64,000 bases of DNA. It comes from Hyphochytrium catenoides (taxonomy: Eukaryota > Protista > Hyphochytriomycota). Below the pieces are notes generated by a model. It ran no database searches and was not told where the DNA came from. It saw only the letters and a program-made list of their open reading frames with translations. Both the position numbers and the translations under genes were made by a program. Location: the NCBI GenBank assembly GCA_900088475.1, contig FLMG01002456.1, positions 62,001-126,000 on the forward strand. The letters are read 5' to 3'. Numbering within the stretch: position 1 is the stretch's first letter; each line of letters opens with the position of its first letter. Below, piece by piece: positions 53,201-64,000 of the stretch.

Positions 53201-55225
53201 CGTCCGCGGCAGCTACATCCATCAAGCTGCTCAGCAATGGAGGACAGATTGCTATTTGCCCGGAGCCGGGTATGAAGATAATTACTGGGGCTTTCATCGA
53301 ACGATCTTGGATTGAGCTGTCTGATATTATAGGTTCCTTTTCGTGGAAATGTCGCAGTCTGACACCTACATTTTTCTGGCCCTTGTGCGACATGGAGACG
53401 AATGGTTTAGTGCTCAGCCAAGGGTTAGCCTGGGGCCATAAATTAGACATGACTAGAGTAGCTTGCAACAGACCCCTTCCTATGCACTGCGATCCTCTGG
53501 CTGTGGGCGCCCAGCTCAGTCTGGGTTCATTGATAGCATGTGGCATTGAGTCGAAGGTAAATGCTTTGCCAGTCACCTTGAGCGTACCATTGAAGGGTGA
53601 CATCACTATCCGTAAAGGATGATGGCAGGAAGTGGTCCGACTGTACCGTCCTTTTTTTAATGCGTGTCGAGGCAGCTTCGGTGGAGTACCCTTGTCCATT
53701 GGTCACTTTTCATCTGAGCCGGATTGAAGAGTGTCTGGTAAGTTTTTGTCTTATATTGCTGGGACTTTTAGCTAAGAGCATCGCTGTGCCTTAGGAGCCA
53801 GTCCAAATGGACCTCCTACTTGAACATAATAAGCTTAGCCTACGAGGTGTTGAGGTGGAGTCAGGCCGGTCTGACGTTGAAATCATATCTGGAAAAAATT
53901 ATTTGGTTACCCTGGGGGCTGAAGGCAAGAAGTGGCACTTGCGAGTGAACGGTGATGTCATCTGTTCCTGGACTTTGTCAAACAGAGTCGTAAAAGCCTT
54001 ATTCGCCTCACGGAGTGCTGGCATCTCAGTTTCGATTGCCTATTTAACGGTGTTGGAATATTGTTTAGAGGAGGCAAAACTATTGCCTCTAGTCCGTGAC
54101 GGTAAGCCAATTCTTATCTAGTATTTTTTCCGAAATTCTCAGGGCTACTCGGCCTTTGCCAGCTGCCAGTCCAGCTAAGCTGGCGCTGTCAAAACGACTT
54201 GGCACCCCACATGACAATGTCTTCTCCGATGTCGGACTCGCTGCTGCCCAGCCCTTTTCTGGGTTCAGATTGTCACACGTTCGAGGTAAGCGACAGCAAC
54301 AAGTGTGATTAGGAATGATTTGTCTCTTAACCCGGCAAACCTCTAGTTTGGCACGATGAATTTATACGTGGGATACAAGCAATGTACGAGGATGAAAATG
54401 GGAACATCGTGGAGGGTCCTACCCATAGGCAGACAACTGCCGGAGAGGCATCAGTCTTCAATCTTTCACGCGAAGAAGTCATAGTTGAGCTTCATGTCCG
54501 CAGCGGAGCGTGGATGGATGCGGTAGCATTTAGAACTAACCTGGGAAGGCAGCAACACTTTGGCGGCAACGGTTAGAGCTCCTTACTCTTCTCCAACCAC
54601 GGATCTGAATTGGTAACAGACTTTGCATTGATCTTTTTTGCAGGTGGAAGCCTAACGGTGCTTCAGGCCCCTCCGGGGCATGGTGTCAGAGCTTTTTTTG
54701 GTGCCTACGGCGATTGCATGCAGAATCTGGGTGTCGCCTCATATCCCTCTCCTGCTATAATTGAAGGTGCAGTTAGCGTAGAATAAGCGCAACGATCACA
54801 CCGCTTAACTGCCTTTGCACGAATTGCAGGTACTGTCTTTCGGACGCTTAAATGCTGCCAGAGGAGGCTCGCAGAAAAATCTCTCCAACAGGCCGTTGAA
54901 GCATGTAAGGCTATTATTTTTTATCTCAACAACCACCTGCTATACTAATCTTGGTTCTGACCTAGTAATAAAGTACATGAGCAACGTTGCTTCAAATCCC
55001 CAAGAGCCAAGATTCCGGTTAATACGCGTTAACAACAAATTCTTCCAGAGCAACGTGGGAGCGATAAGTTCAGATTCCTCGGAAAGCATAATGAAGGCAA
55101 TGGGTTGGGAAAAGCAGCAAAAGGACGGCGAGGAGTACTATTTCTTGCCAACCACCCTAAATGATAAGAGTGTTAGCTCTAGCATCGTCCAGCTCCTGGC
55201 ATTTCGAGATTCAGATGAGAGTTGA
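50233..55225 (+). CDS. PNG1: Multidomain peptide:N-glycanase: Cys-rich N-terminus, MABP, transglutaminase-like core, AZUL, uncharacterised beta region, jacalin, PUB
   Basis: Core [14 protein letters not shown], CxxC..Cxx[53 protein letters not shown]. The flanking exons splice in frame. The start codon is tentative. Confidence 0.9.
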
Positions 55226-55313
55226 GATTCAGGACGAGGGGCCTTAATAAACTTGTAAGCCAGGCTTTTTAGCGTAGATGCTAGACCACTTGTGTTGAAT
55301 GTAGAGCCCACAA

Positions 55314-58300
55314 TTAGCCATTCCTTTTTTGTGGTGCTGTCTTAGCGTTCGGGGACATTATGAAGTATTGCTTCGGTGGTTGCCGCACGTTAAACTCCCC
55401 TAGCATTGCCTCTTTCATGAGGTTTTCGAGCGTGTTTTCCAATACTTCCGATAGGAGATCTTGACATTCGGAGTTGCGAAGGCATTCCACCTGTGAAGGG
55501 CTCCATTGTTCACTTTGCACAAGCAAGCTTCGTTCAACAGCCGAGTGTTGAGAACTGAAAAGGCTGGGCTCTCTGGGAGTCCGGCTGTCTTTCTGAAATT
55601 GTCTAAAGAATGGGATTACCCGCTTCTCAGGCAACAGGCTACTCACACCGTGAAGCCGCACTGTATCGACCAGGTTGGCTACAAGACTCTGCAGAACCTC
55701 CCGGCAGAGCGTTCTGCTGCTTTGAACCATCAATGGGTTCATTCTCTCTGGTGTAGGCTTCGCCCTTCCACCAGCTGCAAGTGCAGGAAAAGGTGCCGTC
55801 TTGGGCAATTGAAAGGAAAGACTTGAGGGCCCAAGATGGTATTTGCCGTACTCGTCTTGATCAACAATCAGGGCTGAGACGGCGAGAAAGGCCGTTTCGT
55901 CCACTGGAGTAGCCTTGCTGTTTAGACCCATTTTCTGGACCGCAGCTGATTGCGACTCTCTTGTAGTTGGGCGTGTTGCGAGAGCCTTTGCCGCTTTCTT
56001 AGCCTTGTTTTCCTCCATAAATGTCTCCAGGCTGGTTGCCTGACCTGCTGCTTCCGCCCTAAGATATTCGGCGACGTCCTTCCATGCCTAAGCGCCACAC
56101 GGGAACGAAAGCTGAGGACAGTGGAGATTTTATGTTTCAACAAGCAGTAAGGGCACACCTTGTTCTCTTCCAGTCTAGCATCCCAGTTCATTGTTGACCG
56201 ACGTAGAACTGAACTTCTTGTTGGCTCTACTGGCGCAGCTTCTCCGCCGCCTTGGATGGCAAACGTTCCTGCATCAAAAATGCCAGGTTGTATTGTCATC
56301 ACGACGACGCCATGAACAACAGTCTGAAACGGTTCTAACCTTTGAGGCTACCCTTGGGAGACTCTGCGGCCGCGTCGTGAAGTGGAATCACCGTGCAAGA
56401 TAAATCTTCCATAAGAGCGATCGGTGTGTCACAATGATCGGCTGTGGCAGTAGAACATTAGACGCTATGAAGGGGATACAGAATGCAAAGTCTTTGTCTG
56501 TTACCTCTTAGGTGAACAGTGACCAAAAGTGAACTGTCTGGCTCAATTCGGCCGGATAAGAGCGAGAATTGGATTATGCCCTGCCTCACCAAGGGATGCG
56601 TTCGGTCCCATTCAAAAAAGATGGTGGGCTTCAGTCCCGGAGAGACGGCAGTGGCGGTATTTCGTAGGGTAATGATATGTGAGGTGACGGATCCCATAGG
56701 CAAAATTCCGAATTGTAGCCGGACATGCGACAAGGTAAGCATCGTGTTCTTTATCATAGGCTTCACTGGAGGCCCGTCTTCACTTGCAGATGGCTTTGAG
56801 GTATTGTGGTCGCCAGCCCTTAATGGATGGAAACCTCGCGCAGTCAAGTGCAGCACCTTGCTGTCCGTGTTAGCAAGACTAGGGTTGTGCTTCAACTGAA
56901 GGAGTAAAGATTACCTTCTCTTCGGCATATCCTGCAGAGACGCCATCCTCCAAGGTCTGATAAACCGATAGGGTGACCTTGGTTGTATAGAGCCTCGCTT
57001 CCAGCGGAGTAAAGATTACTTGAATGGCTCGCTTACTCATAGGATCTACTGTTCCTCTAGGATTCTTTATACAGAAGACATCCAGCCCAAAGTTATCCTC
57101 TTTCTCTTTTTCTGTTCCATCACGGTCTAGCTGATATTCAAAGGGGCAGTCACCCGCGTTGTAGAGATAAAACGTCTACGAGTAGGGCACCGCAACATGA
57201 AGACGACCATTAGGTAAGGTAGCGACGATCATTACTTGAGTGCCTCTGGAATGTAGTCAACCATTCACAGTCTCTACCTGGAGAGGTACTCTTTCGAGTC
57301 CGATTGGAACTGGCGTAAGATCCACCGTTTCACTCTTGATAAACATCAACGGAGTGTTCGTCGGTAGCGTGCGGCCTTGCAATTCCCAAACCAACTGTTT
57401 ACCCTTGGACAACTGGAACACTATGGGTACCTTATGAACCCCATTATACTTGATTGAGTGATATGAGTAGGTAATACGAATTTGCTGTGTCTTGTTCGGC
57501 TCAATGGCACCCCTCCTCGGGTTGACGGTAAAGAGATCAGCGTCTAGGATCCAGTTCTGCTGAACTTGTTCGGCTGTCGGCTGCCCCTCATCATCCCAAC
57601 TATAGAAACATGTGAGTGACCAGCTTTGTGAAGGTGCTATCGGAGGAGTTACCGTTCAAGCTCTACCTCCTTCTCGTTTGGATAACGCACAACAAACTCT
57701 GTAGCGATGCCTCCACGGTTGCTGAGCTCCAGGATAACCTCCTCTGGGGCGCTTCCCAGTACTTGAGGCACAAAGCCAAAAGGGTATCTGGACAAAAAGT
57801 ACGAGCGCGGACCGAAGGTGATCACTGAGTACAAGGATATAGTTGTAGGCAGAAAAGAGTGCAGTCGGCTATGACTCAAATTGAGTGTAGTCGGCTAGCC
57901 AGACCCCACTACACATTGAACTGGATTTACCTGGGTAGGCGACTGGTATCCAGTGCTCTTGTGTCTTCATTTCGGACGATCTCCTCGCGCGTCAAAGGAC
58001 TGGACAAGAACTCATTTAGACGTGCTACCTGGAACTGGTCGTACAATATTGAAGTTGGTATCCTATTGCTTCTGATGTCCACAATCCTTATTGTGGGAAA
58101 GGAAGCAATGACCTCCAGCTGTATGAAAAGGCTGAGGTCAGGTGACTCTTATTTATATAGGCTCAATAACCTCTAAAGCAACCTTGCATGCTGTCATGGC
58201 TTCCGGCTTGGAGAACTGTTCAGTGGGTTCCTGAATGCTGGAGCGACACTTAACCAGTACAAGATACGTTGCTTGATGTTGTGGCTTAAAGGTCGCCACA

Positions 58301-61300
58301 ATGCGAAGCCGAGATCTGGCTGAGATAACTCCGTCTGTAGGAGTTAATCGTAGAGCGTCCTGGGACTCAGCGCTAGAAACGTCCTCGAGCCCTGAGCGTT
58401 TTTTGGTGTCAGATTATTTAAGTGGCATTGGTCCTTCGATGTTGGCGTTACCCTGAATTGCAATGCTGCTGGAAAGGGTGAACTTCAAATCGCAGTCGCT
58501 AGAGTTGATTAGCACAAGGTCTCCGACCTTTTCTGTGTTAACTAACACCGCGCCGAGACGAAGGGTCTCTGGGTGGAAACTCAAGGCGCCAGAGATGCCC
58601 TCGCCACATACTCTGATAGAAGTCTTACAAGAGAATCTTCTTTACGATCGCATACTGAAAGTGCACTATCTGCGGTCCAATCATACCTGCGCCGTTATCT
58701 GTGACCAATCGTTGACCTCAGTCAAGTTCTGTGCCACACTCCGGTACTTCAAGGATATTCTATTCCGGTATTCCTTTAGTTCATCTGGTGTGAACTTGCA
58801 TGTGACTGTTGCTCTTTCATTGCCCTTTAGTCTACCTAACCGAGGGTCCACGGCTAACACTCCTATAGAAGCTCGTTATTTCCACTCCATGTAGAGAGCC
58901 CTGATGTCATGACTTACCTTGGACTTTAGGAGGAATATCCCAACGGTAGATCAGGGGAATGCGAGAGATGTTATGGATCTTAAAGGTGCGTGAGGAGGAA
59001 AGTGTGATCGAAGTTGGTTTGAAGTAGAGTGTCTGATCTCCTGCTGATATATCCTCAATCTCCAATGCGGGCTCAAATGCCTGGCCAATAAGCTGGATTT
59101 TGGTTCCTACTGCATTGTTCAGCAAGCATTGGAGGGTATCGGTGTAGCTCTTCGGCTTCTTCGGGGTAAACCTTACAGTTCCAGTTCACAGTGAGATTTA
59201 TAGCCTTGGTAAAGTAAGTCTCACTCTTATGGCACTTACCGAAGCATGACAAGTTGAAAGCCTTGAGTAGGGATCATCCCTCCATCCGGTTTGATAGAGA
59301 AGATGTTGGACGGGTCATGGATGAATCTGAAAAAGACCGCTTAGCTAAGATAGATCACGGGATGTTGCAGCAGAGTGCAAATCACCTAAATTGAGCAGGA
59401 GTATCACCATTGTTCTCGAGCATAATCGTCTGATAGATGCTGTCACCAAGATGGCAAGGAGGGAAGGTAACCTTGCTCTCTTTGACCATGAAAGATACCT
59501 GTTGTATCTCTTTAGTAGGTTAACTCGAAAAAAGACCTGGTTTGACACACCTTGGGAAGAAAGTGCTCCGAATGTGGCCCGTATGTGTGTCCCAGCACCC
59601 TTACGGGCAGGCACCATGGCGGTGTTAGCGTCTTCGGATTTACCAGCCGAAAGTTTCTGCAGCGGGATGGCCTCAGAAGGGAAAAGAAATGCTAAACGAA
59701 GGGTTGGAAAAGTACCTGTTAGCTTTGTGGAAACAGAAGACCTCAATTTCCTGGCAATAGAAAAAGTTCTCCTGTGAGGGCCTGAAGACTACCTTGAACT
59801 CCAACGACTTCCCCTGCCGCGACATCAGTTACAATGCACCACTTCTAACAGGATTGAAAGTAATTACCGCGGGAACATCTGCCGTGGGTGGAAGAACCTC
59901 AAAGTCAGGAACATCGTCATCATCATCTGACTCAGGAATATTCCAGTAGCATGAGATCTACCGACATCAGGCGCAGGTGGCTCAGTATGGTGGATTTAGT
60001 ATGAGGAAGAGAATTGAGAACCTTAGTATGCGTGTTATTGGTCACGATGATAGACTTGCGTTCGCCCAATTTGCCAAAGAGGTTGCCGCCAAAATCAAGC
60101 TCGGACTCGGACAAAAAGATTTGCTTCTTGCTGTCTGTTGACTCAGAGTAGAACTCTTTACACAGCTTGGTCTCAAGGATAGTAGCCTCTCCGCTACGAG
60201 TAACTAGTTTTTCCTCCACGTCACCAAGGTTCTCGTTTCCCTCTACATTATCCCCAGGAAACAAGCTATGATGACCCTGTGCCAATAGGGCTTCGAGCTC
60301 TTCTGGGGATAGATCGCCATAGCCTGGAACTCGTTGTCAGCCAGGGCATCGCTCAACTGTATTACTCCACCTCACCTTTCTCTTCTCTTACTCGCTTTGC
60401 GTACACTTGCCCGGTGTGCATAGGCGGTGGACGGGCCTTCTCATCATATCCAGTTCCTAGTAGGTCAAGACAGAAAGGCATTTGATCCTAGACATACCAT
60501 CAACTAAGTAAGTAGAGCCGAATCTAGCAAAGATGGGGCGTGGCTGCCGTCAGACACACCTTAAAGAGCAGGAAAACGCGCTTGTAGTAGTTGATTGGAT
60601 CAGTTGGTTTGAACCGTATGGTCACTGTCTGCTGCAGACGAGGAGGAATCTTGCCCTGGGGCACATCAAATTCAAAAATTCCTTTGTCCTCCACCAGGAA
60701 TGCGAAGTAAGCGGGTCCATAGCCGCGGTTGTCGATGTATATAGTACGTGACTCAATCTTGCCCACCTCCACATCGTTGAAATTAAGAGCAATCACGCGA
60801 GACCTACGCGAAGAGGAGCAAGAGAGGGCTGTGTCAGTCCATTTTCTACCGTGGCCAGTGAGGGCTTTATCCATCCAAGGCGGTGAGTCCTTTGGCACTT
60901 ACTTTGCCTCGACGGCCCCTCCTTTGCTGCCTCTGGCTGACAGCGTAATGGAAGGCCCCACTGCTTTACCGGTACAGCATAGCTGTATGGAGTTGCCTCC
61001 CGGGGTGACGACTTTGAAGTTATCGCAGGAAAAGGTTCCATTGTTCAATGGCGTGTAGCGTATGTTCATCTTAAGCTCTGACTCTGGAGCTATTCTGCCC
61101 TTCAAAAGTGAAAAATGAAAGACCGGTTCATGGTCCTGCTCCAGCGGAATTATCTGCGCCCAAGTGGAAATTACACATTTGGCCCTTTCGCTCAAAAGAA
61201 TAGGGAGCCGTCACCTCAAAGGACGCCGGGACAAGCGACTGATTTCGGATGACGAACTCTTTCTCTGCCGGGCAATCTTCGGTTCCAGTGGTTCCAATTT

Positions 61301-62326
61301 GGATCTCACCAAAGTTGAAGTGTGATTCTGAGGCTGCAATGTGAGCATACTTCCCAATGGCGCTAATTTTCATTGCAGTGCTGCCAGACTGCTGCGCTCC
61401 CCCGAGTTCCTTGAGGCAGATCGCCGTTAGTTGGGTGTGTCAGTTAATGGTTTGTTGTTATACATTGCTGCCCACCTGGTAGTGACAGATAGATGTTGAC
61501 ACTAGAACCACACCCCTTTCTACCCATAGAAAGGCAGTAATCTCACAAGTGGCTCCTGGATCCAGCTCTCCTGTCGAAGGTTCCAGTCTTATAGGAGTGC
61601 CTAGGTCTCCAGCTCCTGCACAAGGTTCAGTTCCGATAAATGGCAGGTATGAGTAAAGTAGGCATTGCCGCCGCACACCTGCCAGAGTCCAGTTGAAGCG
61701 AAGACGAAGCTGACCACTGTTGATCAGGGTAAACTTTTTTGAGACTGTCTCTTTCGTTGGACAGAATCCAAAGTCCAAACCCTTCGGGATGGTGACGTCC
61801 AGTTTGGCAAGCTTAGCAATCACCTACCCATCCAATTTTTTGATCAGCTACGTTGGCTCAGGGATAGAGGGGAGAGGTTACCTACCGGTACGTGGAAGCC
61901 TCCACCGCCCTCCTTTCTGCCGTTCAGAATAGAGTAGACAGTGAGGTAGACTGAGTCATCATACTCTTCAAGTTCGACGGGTCTGAAGACAACGTCTATC
62001 ACTGCACTCGTGCCCGGACTCAGAGTTATAAGCTCTGGAAAGGCCATTGTAAAGTACTTTGACTTCGGGAGACTGCATGGCTACGCTTAGGTCCCTGGGC
62101 TACTCCACATCAAAGTATTGACAGTTATCTCTTACCTGTATTTGATCTTCGCCATCCTGGCTGAGCAGTTCTTGATCACAAGCTTTTGGACATATTCTCC
62201 ACCTGGTTGCCAGCTTCCCCCCGGGAAGAGTATCCCATCGCCGCAGTCAATCTCAAATCTGCGTATGACCTCGCTGCGAGGCAGCACTTCATAGGGTCGG
62301 ACGAGGTTTTGTCCTTCCGACTCCAT
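55314..62326 (-). CDS. CFAP65: Cilia- and flagella-associated protein 65 (CCDC108; ASH/Ig-like repeats, many exons)
   Basis: WQPGGEYVQKLVIKN..KIKY|LPKSKYF..FPELITLSPG..VVFRPVELEEYDD, LDFGFCP, FKPTDPINYYKRV and C-terminal EVLENTLENLMKEAMLGEF. Confidence 0.9.
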
Positions 62327-63078
62327 GGTCCTCGAATTGAAGCCGATAGCTCTGATCAGCCCATTCCTTCAGCCTGCTATAGCAGTGCGCTCTGTGTGGC
62401 TGGCTTGTGTGACGGGGCAATAGGAGGCTGCCGATGGCATGACGGTCTGCGGTTCCTTTGGATGGATAGCGGTGACCTCCCTCGTGACCATTTCTCCTTC
62501 TTTCGCATCACCAGTCCTGGACGGCGCTGTCTTCCTCTTCTCATTGTGTCTCAACACTCTTGGAGCTTGGTCTCTCTCTACATGTAACGCCGCCTCTTCA
62601 GGACCTGTCCAGCCGATAGGATCAGGGATTATCTCTTATGCTATTTCGAATCAATCCTAAGCTCAAAACCTTCACACGTTCTAACCTTTGAAACCCCAAA
62701 AATTGCCGCCAAATCTTCCCCTTCCAAAGTGAAGCTTTGTGAGCTTACAGCTACCATAAACAGCACATCACCGATCACAACTTGCTGGGCTGCTGGAACG
62801 AGCTGAAGCATAACGAACAGCCCTCATTCTCAGGCAGGCTATGGAGGATGCCGCATGCTCTCTCGTCTCGCTTCGCTTTGTGCTTGTGGTCGGATTTCTA
62901 CCACCAGCTACAAAGATAATGATTCGTTGCCAACCTCTGCTATTAGCACCAATGTCGTGCGTGCAAGTGTGGGAGGGCTAAGGGTGCTGGGCTGAGATTC
63001 AAGCTCCACAATGGATGCTCATCTCTAGTAAAAACTCATATTAATCTCCCTATTGAAGAGGTTGTCGGCATCGATATT

Positions 63079-64000
63079 ATGTCGGACGATACTGGTCCGG
63101 AGCGCCAGGACGTCCAAGCTTCTAGCGGTACTGGGCCGCCAGTATTTGTCCAGCGGATTCTGGCGAGCATTGGTACGAACGTAGGGTGTGTCACAATATA
63201 CGGTGACTCACATCTGCCCTTAGATCATGATATATTTGAGGTTCGCCATCGCGCAGCCAAGAACCTCCTGTCGAAGCTGGAGAGCGGTCTTATGAGACCA
63301 GAAGACCTTGACGATGGACACTCGATGTTGGTGTTGGTAAGACTACCGCATATGGAGACCCAAAGTGCAAATCTGATGGCAATATTCTAGAAACGAGCTC
63401 TACTATCTTCCGCAGCCTTGAATGAGGACTTATGGGATCCTAAAGCTAATGACTTCCTGGCTAAGGTGCTCTCTANNNNNNNNNNNNNNNNNNNNNNNNN
63501 NNNNNNNNNNNNNNNNNNNNNNNNNNNNNNNNNNNGCCTCTTTAGGTCAAGGCCTTTAGTGAGCTTGACACCTCAGAGATAAGTACTCTACTTAGGCGGC
63601 ATCTACGGTCTGAGTTCCCGGAGGATGTGAAGCTTGCTGGCCAGGTAAGCTTCTTCTGAATTGAATACCTCCAGATCCCAAATGGTCTAACCTCAATCTA
63701 GGTTCTCGCGGCATTCCAGTCAGAAGAAGGTCGTTCTTACAGAAGCACAGATTCTTTAGGGCGTAATCATACCGTGGGCTCTCACGAGGAAGACAGTCTC
63801 CGAGGATCTGAGGAATTTCCACAGCCATCACCCCAAAGGATACCGATATCCTCTAGGTCGAGCTTGCAGAGCAGATATCAATCTAGTTCATCTAGTGGGC
63901 TCCGTGGTGAGTGTGAGGGTCAAATCTCAGCTCTCGAGAAGTCGTTCTAACGGTGCGACAAAATGTATAGGGCATGATCAAACGCTAGGATCTCGCGAAG
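63079..64000 (+). CDS. RTTN: Rotatin N-terminus (centriolar ARM-repeat protein; partial, gap 63476-63535)
   Basis: RILASI|DHDIFEVRHRAAKNLLSKLESGLM resembles the rotatin N-terminal KLGH..EIRERAL..I..K motif. Head-to-head with CFAP65. Confidence 0.65.

Noticed and set aside
53064-53699. 211-aa minus-strand ORF
   Set aside because: Antisense shadow of PNGase exons.
62926-62934. RFX X-box (GTTGCCAAC) between CFAP65 and RTTN
   Set aside because: It lacks the full 13-14 bp palindrome and was not seen at the other ciliary genes.

Overview
A compact, gene-dense window of an intron-rich eukaryotic genome (about 50% GC, standard genetic code, mostly 50-70 nt GT-AG introns with CTRAY-like branch points). 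The gene set fits a flagellated protist, probably a stramenopile of oomycete/pseudofungal type; this placement is inference. The ORF track is fragmented by introns, so I rebuilt the genes by manual splicing. In order: HRQ1 helicase (partial), a catalytically dead aldo-keto-reductase-like protein, MCM3, a PH/glycine-zipper/FYVE-like PI4-kinase, CDC6, DNAI4/WDR78, TIM23, a bacterial-type RNase HII, a zf-4CXXC_R1-like protein, a TRF4/MEE44-like nucleotidyltransferase, an RVxF protein, an M50B-like peptidase, a nicotinamidase-like hydrolase, IFT25, SF3B6/p14, a multidomain peptide:N-glycanase, CFAP65 and the start of rotatin. The main finding is the PNGase, whose spliced frame carries MABP, catalytic, AZUL zinc-finger, jacalin and PUB domains; it could link membrane, glycan, p97 and proteasome in one ERAD adaptor. 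Other highlights: the unusual PI4K architecture, E2F and CHR motifs upstream of cell-cycle genes, a start codon split by an intron (SF3B6), two GC-AG introns and frequent AAG acceptors. I found no CRISPR array, rRNA, tRNA or intact transposon. Three N-gaps fall inside genes.
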